Source: a virus. Taken from it: a stretch of DNA of 64,000 nucleotides. Positions within the stretch are counted from its first letter, which is position 1. Each line of letters opens with the position of its first letter. The stretch lies in the IMG/VR virus record IMGVR_UViG_3300045988_122441; one strand, written 5' to 3'. A program made the translations under genes and the position numbers. Shown one piece after another: positions 26,610-35,082 of this stretch. Below the pieces are notes generated by a model. That model saw nothing but the letters and a program-made list of their open reading frames with translations. It was not told where the DNA came from and did not search any database.

Positions 26610-26963
26610 ATGTTCAGAGTAATAATTGCAGGTAGCCGATCATTTGCGAACTACGAAATGTTAAAAGCAAATATGAATCGGCTGCTGCAGAACATCAGTG
26701 ATGAAATATCCATAGTTTGCGGAACCGCAAGAGGAGCAGACAGGCTGGGGGAGAGATATGCAAAAGAAATGGGTTTCCATGTTGCATACTTCCCGGCAGA
26801 TTGGGAACGGTATGGCAAAGCAGCTGGATATATAAGAAATAAAGAGATGGCTCAAAACGCTGATGCTTTGGTAGCGTTTTGGGACGGAGAAAGTAGAGGA
26901 ACAAAATCAATGATAGACCTGGCTAAAGAGTATGATCTTGCTGTCAGGGTTTTAAAATTCTGA
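26610..26963 (+). CDS. SLOG-fold protein (DUF2493/YspA-like)
   Basis: RVIIAGSRSF...VCGTARGADRLGERYA...PADWERYGKAAGYIRNKEM...ALVAFWDGESRGT matches the DUF2493 pattern. Start taken at the ATG after the upstream gene stop. Confidence 0.7.
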   Translation: MFRVIIAGSRSFANYEMLKANMNRLLQNISDEISIVCGTARGADRLGERYAKEMGFHVAYFPADWERYGKAAGYIRNKEMAQNADALVAFWDGESRGTKSMIDLAKEYDLAVRVLKF

Positions 26964-26979
26964 CGGAGGTAATACCGAT

Positions 26980-27117
26980 ATGGATAAAGATGAGTTTGAC
27001 TACTGTTATGAATGTGAAGGCTATGGAGATGATTACTCTGTAGATGAAAACGGTGAGCTTGTACATAATTGCGAAACATGTCCAAGTAACCCATTTAGAG
27101 ACGACTGGGATGATTAA
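26980..27117 (+). CDS. Possible small zinc-ribbon protein (45 aa, below track cutoff)
   Basis: Hand-translated as MDKDEFDYCYECEGYGDDYSVDENGELVHNCETCPSNPFRDDWDD. RBS ggaggtaa upstream. Confidence 0.4.
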   Translation: MDKDEFDYCYECEGYGDDYSVDENGELVHNCETCPSNPFRDDWDD

Positions 27118-27126
27118 GATACACGA

Positions 27127-27489
27127 ATGGAGGAAGAAATGCAGAAAGCTAAAATTGCTTACACGATTAAGCACAGAAAAGCATTCAGAAGAGTAGAGAA
27201 AAAACTACTCGGACATAATACCTTGAGAGGAATACTTCATGATTTGGATAAGGTGTTTCTGTATATGATCTTTGATTATAAATCAGTACATAACTGGCAC
27301 AGGAATCATTCCAGACATCATTCTGTTAAGGCAAAGACACATAGTGATTTTGTCCAGATGGTAGTGGACTGGGAATGCGCTAGGTATACAAAGCCGGATA
27401 AGCCTTTAAATGCAAGGGATACGCTTGATAAGTTCTATCCTGAATTAAAAGACAAGGTTTTACCTGTCATTCAGGAGCTTGGTTTATAA
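27127..27489 (+). CDS. Hypothetical His-rich protein (120 aa)
   Basis: RBS ggaggaag. LHDLDK...HNWHRNHSRHH suggests a metal-binding helical protein. Confidence 0.55.
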   Translation: MEEEMQKAKIAYTIKHRKAFRRVEKKLLGHNTLRGILHDLDKVFLYMIFDYKSVHNWHRNHSRHHSVKAKTHSDFVQMVVDWECARYTKPDKPLNARDTLDKFYPELKDKVLPVIQELGL

Positions 27490-27501
27490 AATTGATGTTT
27501 G

Positions 27502-27535
27502 ATAGGGTAGAGTCACATCTGCCCTATTGATTTTC
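27502..27535 (+). terminator. Rho-independent terminator
   Basis: 10-bp stem at-agggtaga / tctgccct-at with loop gtcaca, followed by tgatttt. Confidence 0.6.
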
Positions 27536-27820
27536 TACGGCAGACAATAGTTGGTATCTGTAACGACTATTGTAGAAGACTTTGCTCGGTATATGACTTC
27601 TTCAGTGCATGAAAACAGATAAATGCATTGATAACGAGCAACACTCCAAAAGTCTTGGGTAGTTTTTGAGGAGAGACCCCTTCCGACTTAGGTGATATCG
27701 GTATCCGGGTTACGGGAGAATAGTTTGGAGCCTGCAGAAGCGACGTAACCGCGTGACCAGACATAGGAGGAAATGAGCCTCCTACCACCAGTAAACAGGG
27801 CGATAGCTGGATGGATTTTC
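27536..27820 (+). ncRNA. Candidate structured RNA of unknown class, immediately 5' of the tmRNA
   Basis: No plausible ORF with an RBS. Several helices were read by eye: acaatagt/actattgt; a bipartite aagacttt+tgctcg with cgagca+aaagtctt; ggttacg/cgtaacc; ggagg-aaatgag-cctcc. Confidence 0.3.
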
Positions 27821-28149
27821 GGGGCTGTAAAGGTTTCGACAGGGGTATGAAAGTTATGAATTCGCTAGAGTGATGACTTAATCATCAAACCTTAAATACA
27901 AACGCAAACAGACAGATGTTAGCAGTAGCCTAAGTTGCTACACCAAAACACATTGAGATAATGCTGGTAGATGTTGAGGTTCAAAAACAAGCATATTCAG
28001 TATACGGTTCCCTGTATATGAATACCTGCATTGGTTGAGATGGTTAAGAACAGGGTGGTGGACAAGAAATCAGTACATGATTCCAAAACAGCGTAAAGAT
28101 TCATAGTGAGTAGTATTTTTGGACAGGGGTTCGATTCCCCTCAGCTCCA
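27821..28149 (+). ncRNA. ssrA: tmRNA (SsrA), one-piece
   Basis: 5' end ggggctgtaaaggtttcgacagggg. 3' end ggacaggggttcgattcccctcagctcca. The acceptor stem includes the G3:U70 alanine determinant; T-arm gaggg/cccct-like. The tag reading frame ends ...ANRQMLAVA-TAA (stop at 27931-27933). CCA is not encoded. Confidence 0.9.
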
Positions 28150-28178
28150 TTTTAATCTAAGAAAGGGCGGCAGTTATT

Positions 28179-28376
28179 ATGGATGAAAAAGTAGTTAGAT
28201 ACAGGCAAAGACATAAAAGATGCAAATATTGCATACATAAAACGCTTCGTACACCAAAATGTACCGGATTTCCAGATTATTATGTATGTAATGCAAAAGA
28301 CAAAATAATGTTTGACTGGAGCGTAGAACATTTGTCGAGACTCTTTTGTTCATACTATCAATTAAGCAGATTGTAG
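28179..28376 (+). CDS. Hypothetical small Cys-rich protein (65 aa)
   Basis: ORF with a weak RBS (gggcggcag). Confidence 0.4.
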   Translation: MDEKVVRYRQRHKRCKYCIHKTLRTPKCTGFPDYYVCNAKDKIMFDWSVEHLSRLFCSYYQLSRL

Positions 28377-28392
28377 GAGTGGAGGATTTTTT

Positions 28393-28578
28393 GTGAAATT
28401 GTATGAAATAAATTATATGGATGATTGTGATAATGAGACTTGCTTAATGGTTGCAAGTAATGAAGAAGATGTAAAGAAGAAATTCGAGGAGGAGATATTC
28501 TCGAAACTTCCGTGTCCAATGTATTATTTTGTACACGAGATAAGTGAAATAGATGGTCATAAAATTATAGTCAATTAA
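28393..28578 (+). CDS. Hypothetical small protein (61 aa)
   Basis: RBS ggagtggagga upstream of a GTG start. Confidence 0.45.
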   Translation: MKLYEINYMDDCDNETCLMVASNEEDVKKKFEEEIFSKLPCPMYYFVHEISEIDGHKIIVN

Positions 28579-28581
28579 TAA

Positions 28582-28652
28582 CATGCGGTGGCGGAATAGG
28601 TAGACGCTAATGACAGATAGGTTGCCCTAACGGTTCGATTCCGTCGGCATCT
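28582..28652 (+). pseudogene. Degenerate tRNA-like sequence (type II D-arm and T-arm signatures, no foldable anticodon or acceptor stem)
   Basis: tggcggaataggtagacgc resembles the tRNA-Leu/Ser D-arm and acggttcgattccgt resembles a T-arm. I could not pair an anticodon stem or a 7-bp acceptor stem. Confidence 0.35.
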
Positions 28653-28761
28653 GGAACAGTGAAATAGCTGATGATGCTGGGTCTGATTTGGTAGAAGGGA
28701 GTGGGGAGCTATGTATGGTGCGAATCCATACCCGCTTTATTTAAGAAAGGAGATTTCAGAC

Positions 28762-28998
28762 ATGTGTAAAGTGATGTTAAATTCCATTGACAAAGTAAAA
28801 CGATTTGTCAATATAACCTCAAGAGTAGACGGAGATGTATTTCTTCAGTCTGGTAGATACATAATTGATGCGAAGTCCATTATGGGGATTTTCAGTATCG
28901 ACTTAACAAAACCATTGGAAATGAGCTTTGAGAAATGTTCCGACGGAGAAAGAGATAAGTATCTGGAGAAAATTCAGGAGTTTATCGTGGAGGTGTAG
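28762..28998 (+). CDS. HPr-like (PTS phosphocarrier fold) small protein
   Basis: IIDAKSIMGIFSIDLTKPLEMSFE resembles the HPr-family pattern aKSimgvmsLg...g..i. Start taken at the ATG with RBS aaaggaga. Confidence 0.5.
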   Translation: MCKVMLNSIDKVKRFVNITSRVDGDVFLQSGRYIIDAKSIMGIFSIDLTKPLEMSFEKCSDGERDKYLEKIQEFIVEV

Positions 28999-28999
28999 T

Positions 29000-30028
29000 A
29001 TGAATTTATTACAAATCAAAGATTTAATCGCATCCGATGAATACGAATTTCTCAGAAGCAATGAGCATCTTGGAGATAAAGTAATCATGATAGGGCTTGG
29101 CGGAAGTCATGCTTATGGAACTAATATAGAAACTTCTGACCTCGATGTCAGAGGATGTGCATTAAATAGCAAAGAGGAAATTCTTACGAATCAGCATTAT
29201 GAACAGTTTGTTGATGAGAAAACAGACACTACAATTTATGCATTCAATAAATTAATTAGTCTGCTGTGTAATTGCAATCCAAATACGATTGAAATGCTCG
29301 GGTTAAAGCCCGAGCATTATTTATATCTGTCACCTGTTGGTAGAGAGCTTCTTAATAATAAAGGTCTTTTCCTTTCAAAGAAAGCAGCTCAGGCTTTCGG
29401 CGGTTATGCAACAGCTCAGCTTAGGAGACTTGATAATAAGGCAGCAAGACTTGTCGGGCAGGCTCAACGAGAGCAACATATCCTGAATAGCATTAATAAT
29501 GTCAGGGCGGATTTCAACGAAAGGTATTCTCTGTACCCAGACGATGCTATCAGATTATACATAGATAAATCAGATAAAGAAGATATGGAATCAGAGATTT
29601 TCATGGATGTAAAGCTGACAAGGTATCCTTTGCGTGATTACAAATCTATGTGGTCAGAAATGCATAATGTCGTGAAAGATTATGCGAAAGTTGGTAAGAG
29701 AAATCAACATGCGATTGAGCATAATAAACTCGGTAAGCATATGATGCATCTGATCAGACTGTATATGATGTGCCTGGATATACTTGAGAACAAGGAAATT
29801 GTGACGTTCAGAAGCAAAGAACATGACTTATTGATGTCGATTAGAAATGGTAAATATCTGGATACCAATAGACAGCCGATTCCAGAATTCTTTGAAATGG
29901 TTGATGAATATGAAAAGAAAATGCAGTATGCGAAAGAGAATACTGATCTTCCAGAGAAACCGGATTATAAGAAGATACAGGAATTTGTTATGGATGTTAA
30001 TGAGAGAGTTGTCAGAGGATCAATTTAA
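29000..30028 (+). CDS. Pol-beta-superfamily nucleotidyltransferase (RlaP/PF10127-like, RNA-repair-associated type)
   Basis: IGLGGSHAYGTNIETSDLDVRG matches the G-S-x-x-x-G...D-x-D minimal NTase motif. The size and helical C-terminal half fit the 'predicted nucleotidyltransferase' family linked to RNA repair operons. Confidence 0.6.
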   Translation: MNLLQIKDLIASDEYEFLRSNEHLGDKVIMIGLGGSHAYGTNIETSDLDVRGCALNSKEEILTNQHYEQFVDEKTDTTIYAFNKLISLLCNCNPNTIEMLGLKPEHYLYLSPVGRELLNNKGLFLSKKAAQAFGGYATAQLRRLDNKAARLVGQAQREQHILNSINNVRADFNERYSLYPDDAIRLYIDKSDKEDMESEIFMDVKLTRYPLRDYKSMWSEMHNVVKDYAKVGKRNQHAIEHNKLGKHMMHLIRLYMMCLDILENKEIVTFRSKEHDLLMSIRNGKYLDTNRQPIPEFFEMVDEYEKKMQYAKENTDLPEKPDYKKIQEFVMDVNERVVRGSI

Positions 30029-30041
30029 GGAGGTGTAAGCT

Positions 30042-30857
30042 GTGGGTGAAATTGTAAGTATTGCTGATACAAAAAACAAGGTAATTGATTTGCAAGCTCT
30101 ACAACGACGTAAGATACGATCAGCAGCTGGTCTCATCGCTCCAGCAACAGAAGAAACCCATTGCGAATTAGCACCAGAACATGCTGCGGAACCGATAAAG
30201 AGTCTTGACGATATCTATGCGATTTCAGAATTTCTCATTTCGCAGAAAAGATATAGAGACAATATGCTATTCATAGTTGGAATTAACTTCGGTCTGCGAG
30301 TGAGCGATTTGAGAATGCTTAGGTTTTCAAATCTTATCAATGATAATTTCACATTTCGTGATAATTTCCCGGTGTATGAGAAGAAAACAAGAAACACAAG
30401 AAAGCGAAAAAAGAATAGATATATCACAATCAATACCGCCGTTATAGAGGCGGTAACTTTGTATTTGGAGAATACACCAAATGTTACATTGAGTGATTAT
30501 CTATTCAGAAGCGAATCCAATAGAGGTAAGTCATCAAATCAGCCTCTTTCAAAACAGTCAATCGACAGGATATTAAAGGGAATTGCTGTGGATTTACATC
30601 TGAATATCAGAATGGCAACTCACAGTCTGAGAAAAACATTTTGCTATCATCAGATGGTTATGTCGAATAACGATAGCAGAAAACTTCTTCTATTGCAGAA
30701 AATGCTCAATCATTCATCGCCAGCGCAGACACTGGACTATATCGGAATTACATCTGAGGAGATTGAGAAAGCGTATAAGGAACTGAATCTCGGAGGAAGA
30801 ACCAGAAATTATTTGGTTGACAGTAATCTTGTCGAGGTTGAAAACTCGGCAGGGTAG
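30042..30857 (+). CDS. Tyrosine recombinase (small XerC/D-like phage integrase-family protein)
   Basis: GLRVSDL (catalytic R box), ATHSLRKTFCYH (H-x-x-R), LNHSSPAQTLDYIG (H...Y). Confidence 0.75.
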   Translation: MGEIVSIADTKNKVIDLQALQRRKIRSAAGLIAPATEETHCELAPEHAAEPIKSLDDIYAISEFLISQKRYRDNMLFIVGINFGLRVSDLRMLRFSNLINDNFTFRDNFPVYEKKTRNTRKRKKNRYITINTAVIEAVTLYLENTPNVTLSDYLFRSESNRGKSSNQPLSKQSIDRILKGIAVDLHLNIRMATHSLRKTFCYHQMVMSNNDSRKLLLLQKMLNHSSPAQTLDYIGITSEEIEKAYKELNLGGRTRNYLVDSNLVEVENSAG

Positions 30858-30870
30858 AAAGGAGGTCATA

Positions 30871-31065
30871 ATGTCGTTAGATAAGGCAATTCTGCATGGT
30901 AAAGAACATAGAAAACCGTATATCGGTGGGAAATCTATTGATCGTACTTGCAGAAATCATGGAAGTTATGATTGGTGCAAAGATAACAGTCTACATGCAT
31001 CTAAGATGCAGCAAGAAGTTGCTGATGCGAAGCTGGCAGAATATGAGGAAGGAGGCAGTGGATGA
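30871..31065 (+). CDS. Hypothetical small protein (64 aa)
   Basis: ATG with RBS aaaggagg upstream. Confidence 0.5.
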   Translation: MSLDKAILHGKEHRKPYIGGKSIDRTCRNHGSYDWCKDNSLHASKMQQEVADAKLAEYEEGGSG

Positions 31066-31379
31066 AAAAGTGGTTTTATATCTTTATGTTGTCGCTAATG
31101 GCTACATTCGGAATAATTGGCTGTACATCCCAAAATGATGAGACACGGAATAGCGAAGCGAGTGAAGATACACCGATACATATTACAATCCCGAAAAGGA
31201 GACGGAGCAATTTCGTAGAAGATATTGATACAGTTTCTGTTGTAGATGAAAACGGGGAGATATTGTATGAATGTGATACAAATTTGGAAATAACTATCAG
31301 ACTGGAAGACGGAATCCTTACAGTTACGGTTCCCAAAATAAATGATAGTTGTTTTGATAATGGAGATTTAGATGAATAA
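31062..31379 (+). CDS. Lipoprotein
   Basis: Signal peptide plus lipobox MKKWFYIFMLSLMATFGIIGC. Confidence 0.65.
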   Translation: MKKWFYIFMLSLMATFGIIGCTSQNDETRNSEASEDTPIHITIPKRRRSNFVEDIDTVSVVDENGEILYECDTNLEITIRLEDGILTVTVPKINDSCFDNGDLDE

Positions 31380-31394
31380 GAAAGGGTAGAGGAC

Positions 31395-31916
31395 ATGAAG
31401 AGAGTATTGATTGTAGTTGATGTGCAAAATGATTTTGTGGATGGGGTACTTGGTAGCAAGGAAGCTCAAGCAATCATCCCGGCTGTGAAAGCAAAGATTG
31501 AGAAATATGATAAATACGGTAGAGAGATTCTTTTCACGAGAGATTCGCATGATGGGGACTATCTGTACACCTCGGAAGGAAGAAAGCTGCCTATTAAACA
31601 CTGCATTATGGGGACTCGCGGACATAGAATTGTCGATGGTCTGGAGACACATAATAGTAGACATATTGATAAGCCGACATTCGGATATGCGGGATGGGCT
31701 GAGGTGTTAGACATGCTTGGAGATCCGGATAGCATTGAGATGATTGGTCTTGATACCGATATTTGTGTTGTAACAAATGCGTTGATTATCAAGACATTGA
31801 ATCCAGATATAGAAATCACAGTTGATGCGAGCTGCTGTGCCGGATCAACACCAGAGAAACATAAAGCTGCACTCGAAGTGCTGAAAAGCTGTCAAATTGA
31901 AGTGATTGGAGAGTAA
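31395..31916 (+). CDS. pncA: Nicotinamidase / isochorismatase-family hydrolase
   Basis: LIVVDVQNDF..G, TRDSH, and IGLDTDICV (catalytic Cys) are typical of PncA. Confidence 0.8.
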   Translation: MKRVLIVVDVQNDFVDGVLGSKEAQAIIPAVKAKIEKYDKYGREILFTRDSHDGDYLYTSEGRKLPIKHCIMGTRGHRIVDGLETHNSRHIDKPTFGYAGWAEVLDMLGDPDSIEMIGLDTDICVVTNALIIKTLNPDIEITVDASCCAGSTPEKHKAALEVLKSCQIEVIGE

Positions 31917-31920
31917 GGAT

Positions 31921-32748
31921 ATGATTATTTTGGATGGTACAGAAGTAAAAGTAGAACATTTCCCCGATGGGACACAGCGCATCGTTTTGGAGAATCTTCC
32001 AAATATGGAATGGAGAAATACACATGAAATCACATGGAAATTTGAGAGAGAAGAGGAACTTTCGACACTGATTTATGTTACAAGACATCTGAGAAATATG
32101 CCATGTATACAGGAAATTTGCCTTAATCTGTTATATCTTCCAAATGCAAGAATGGATCGTATCCATAACCATAAAGAGGTATTCACATTAAGAGGCTTTG
32201 CAGACGCAATCAACTGGCTTCGGTTTGATGTGGTGAGAGTCCTTGACGTACATAGTAACGTAGGAGCCGCACTTCTGAATAATGTACTTGTGTGTACACC
32301 AGAGAAGTATTTAAAAGAAGTAATAGATCAGATAGATGAGACCGTACCGTTAGTTTTATATTTCCCAGACGAGGGAGCAGCGAAAAGATATTCAGGTTTA
32401 TTACCGGGTATGAAGTATTGCTACGGAGAGAAGAAAAGAGATTGGGAGACAGGGAAAATTCTTGGACTGGCTATCAAGACAAACGGTATTGACCTACAAA
32501 AGCAGACTGTATTGATGGTAGACGATATTATAGCTTATGGAGGTTCCTTATATTACAGTGCGAAAGAGTTGAAACGCATGGGAGCTGATACAATTTATGC
32601 TTATGCCACACATACGGAAAACTCAATTCTCGATAAAGAAAAAGGAACATTGATTAAGTTGCTGGAGGACAATACGGTAGAAAGATTATTTACAACAGGA
32701 AGTCTGTTCATTGGAGAACATGATAAGATTACAGTTTTGGAGGTGTAA
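31921..32748 (+). CDS. Ribose-phosphate pyrophosphokinase-like enzyme (Prs-like; candidate ADPR-pyrophosphate synthetase of NARP1 type)
   Basis: PRPP/ribose-phosphate binding loop LMVDDIIAYGGSL on a two-domain PRTase-type layout. It sits directly upstream of the NAMPT-like gene. Confidence 0.7.
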   Translation: MIILDGTEVKVEHFPDGTQRIVLENLPNMEWRNTHEITWKFEREEELSTLIYVTRHLRNMPCIQEICLNLLYLPNARMDRIHNHKEVFTLRGFADAINWLRFDVVRVLDVHSNVGAALLNNVLVCTPEKYLKEVIDQIDETVPLVLYFPDEGAAKRYSGLLPGMKYCYGEKKRDWETGKILGLAIKTNGIDLQKQTVLMVDDIIAYGGSLYYSAKELKRMGADTIYAYATHTENSILDKEKGTLIKLLEDNTVERLFTTGSLFIGEHDKITVLEV

Positions 32749-32751
32749 GAA

Positions 32752-34215
32752 ATGGATAGCACAATGGCTTTATTGTTATCAGATACATATAAACAGTGTC
32801 ATGACCGGATGTATCCGCAGGGATTGACTAAATTGGTTTCATACTGGGTTCCGAGAAGATCTATGCTCAAGAAGCAGGATAAGATGGTTTTCTTTGGTTT
32901 GCAGGCATTTATTAAAGAGTATTTGATGGGATATTTTCAGACCAGTTTCTTCGATATTGACGAGGAAGAAATTGTTAAGCAGTACACTGATACGATGAAC
33001 GTACAGATTGGAGCCAGTAATTATGATGTGGATAAGATCGTACAGTTGCATCGCCTCGGATATCTTCCGTTGGAAATCAGAGCACTTCCAGAAGGAACGC
33101 TTGTTACAATGGGAATCCCATGCATTGAAATCACAAACACTAAAGAAGACTTTGCATGGCTCGTGCAGTGGATCGAATGTATTTTACAGGTAGAACTGTG
33201 GAAGCCTTGCTGTCACGCAACAATCGGTCATATGTACAGAAATATTGCAGACTATTGGTATAACAAGACAACCGATGGTCTGGACGGAGCAATGGCTTGT
33301 GCAGATTTCGGGATGAGAGGAATGTCATGTATGGATGAAGCGGTAAGATGCTCTGCTGCATGGCTGCTGTCATTCAACAAAACATCTACAATTCCGGCGA
33401 TTTCATATATTGATAAATATTACAATGCAGATTGTAAAAATAAGGGGATTGGTCTTGGAGCAGTATCCACAGAGCATAGCGTCATGGGTGCGAATTTCTC
33501 AATCGACGGCGATGAAATCACATTCGTCAAAAGGCTGCTTACTGAATTATATCCAGATACATCATTCAGTATGGTTTCAGACACATATGATTACTGGAAT
33601 ATGGTAAACAACATCCTGCCTCAGTGTAGAGATGAGATTATGAACCATAACGGAAAACTTTTAGTCCGACCGGACAGCGGAGATATCGTGGAAATCTCAG
33701 TTAAAACAGTTGAAAGATTGTGGGAAATTTTCGGAGGAACTGAAAACTCCAAAGGGTATAAGGTGTTAGATCCTCATATCGGAATCATTTACGGAGATGG
33801 ATGTACATTATCCAATGTCGAAACTATCTGGAAAGAACTTGAGAAACGTGGATTTGCTGCGAATAACATTGCATATGGAGTTGGGGCATTTTGCTTTACA
33901 GCAATCGTAGAAGATGGAAAACTTGTGGTTGCTACCAGAGATACATTTGGCATCGCAATGAAGGCGACATACGGTGTTATTAACGGTAAAAAACTGATGA
34001 TCTATAAAGACCCGAAGACAGACACAAGCCATTTAAAGAAATCGCATAAAGGTTGTTGCCGAGTATACAAAGAAGATGGACAGCTGAAGTGCCAGGATCA
34101 GCTGTCGGAGATGAGCGATGATAGCTTGCTCACAACAGTTTTCAAGGATGGTAAGCTTGTTAAAGAGGAGTCGTTTATGGATATTAGAGAAAGGATGTAT
34201 GGAGTAAATGATTAA
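32752..34215 (+). CDS. Nicotinamide phosphoribosyltransferase-like enzyme (NAMPT/NadV-like; candidate Namat)
   Basis: Length (487 aa) and blocks DTYKQCH, FGMRGMS, VRPDSGD, IIYGDG match type II PRTases of the NAMPT family. Confidence 0.8.
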   Translation: MDSTMALLLSDTYKQCHDRMYPQGLTKLVSYWVPRRSMLKKQDKMVFFGLQAFIKEYLMGYFQTSFFDIDEEEIVKQYTDTMNVQIGASNYDVDKIVQLHRLGYLPLEIRALPEGTLVTMGIPCIEITNTKEDFAWLVQWIECILQVELWKPCCHATIGHMYRNIADYWYNKTTDGLDGAMACADFGMRGMSCMDEAVRCSAAWLLSFNKTSTIPAISYIDKYYNADCKNKGIGLGAVSTEHSVMGANFSIDGDEITFVKRLLTELYPDTSFSMVSDTYDYWNMVNNILPQCRDEIMNHNGKLLVRPDSGDIVEISVKTVERLWEIFGGTENSKGYKVLDPHIGIIYGDGCTLSNVETIWKELEKRGFAANNIAYGVGAFCFTAIVEDGKLVVATRDTFGIAMKATYGVINGKKLMIYKDPKTDTSHLKKSHKGCCRVYKEDGQLKCQDQLSEMSDDSLLTTVFKDGKLVKEESFMDIRERMYGVND

Positions 34216-34669
34216 AATTATTGACGGCGATTTACTTGCATCCAAAACAGATATTATTGCACACCAGGTTAATTGCAAAGGTGCTTTTAACTCTGGTGTT
34301 GCAAGGGCAATACGGGAATATGATGTTCAGGTTTTCCATGATTATCGTGCGTACTGCTACAGTAAAACGGCAGATGATCTTATAGGAGATGTGAGATATT
34401 TCCAATCAGATATGGATGACAAAATATACGCAAACCTATTTGCTCAGAAATCTTATGGATATGATGGCAAACAATATACAGATTTGGAAGCGTTGAAAAA
34501 GTGCTTTGAAAATCTTCGGGACTATGTAATGGAGAGGAATATGAGTATTGCAATGCCTTATAAGATTGGAAGCGTTAGAGGAGGCGCAAACTGGGAAGAT
34601 GTTTATGCTTTAATTGAAACTACATTTCGAGAAGTAAATGTAGAATTATGGAGGCTTGATAAAGGATGA
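34208..34669 (+). CDS. Macrodomain protein (ADP-ribose binding/hydrolase)
   Basis: IKIIDGDLLASKTDIIAHQVNCKGAFNSGVARAI matches the N-terminal macro-domain pattern. Confidence 0.75.
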   Translation: MIKIIDGDLLASKTDIIAHQVNCKGAFNSGVARAIREYDVQVFHDYRAYCYSKTADDLIGDVRYFQSDMDDKIYANLFAQKSYGYDGKQYTDLEALKKCFENLRDYVMERNMSIAMPYKIGSVRGGANWEDVYALIETTFREVNVELWRLDKG

Positions 34670-35082
34670 TAAGTGCGTTTAGAGGAAAATATTATTTTTT
34701 AAGCAATTTTTATGCAGCTCCTGTGGTGTGGGACGGTGTTTCTTATAAGAATAATGAAGCTGCGTTTCAATCTGCTAAAGTAGGAAGAGAGTACAGGCAG
34801 GAATTTGCAGAACTAACCGCTTCAGAAGCTAAGAAATTAGGCAGGAAGGTTCCGCTTAGACCAGACTGGGAGAACGTTAAGGAAAGAATTATGTACGAGA
34901 TTTGCCTTGCTAAATTCTCTCAGAATGAAGAACTCAAAGAAAAATTACTTTTAACAGGAGAATGTGCCTTAGAAGAATGTAATACATGGGGTGACAAAGT
35001 CTGGGGAACGGTTAATGGTGAAGGAGAAAACAAACTTGGAAAGATTCTGATGAAAATACGGGAGGAACTGAGACATGAGTAA
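34666..35082 (+). CDS. NADAR-domain protein (YbiA/DUF1768 family)
   Basis: FRGKYYFLSNFY...V.WDG..Y.N.EAAFQSAK...W......M...KF.QN..L...LL.TG...L.E......D..WG is the hallmark NADAR pattern. Confidence 0.8.
   Translation: MISAFRGKYYFLSNFYAAPVVWDGVSYKNNEAAFQSAKVGREYRQEFAELTASEAKKLGRKVPLRPDWENVKERIMYEICLAKFSQNEELKEKLLLTGECALEECNTWGDKVWGTVNGEGENKLGKILMKIREELRHE

Noticed and set aside
27567-27788. 73-aa minus-strand ORF between ORF 27127-27489 and the tmRNA.
   Set aside because: It has no RBS, is isolated on the opposite strand, and overlaps the helix-rich non-coding region. I treated it as a spurious ORF.
27536-27820. The region might be RNase P RNA or 6S RNA.
   Set aside because: I could not find the universally conserved P4 sequences (GAGGAAAGUCC / ACAGAA-type) or a 6S-like long interrupted duplex with a central bubble. 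It is left as an unassigned candidate only.
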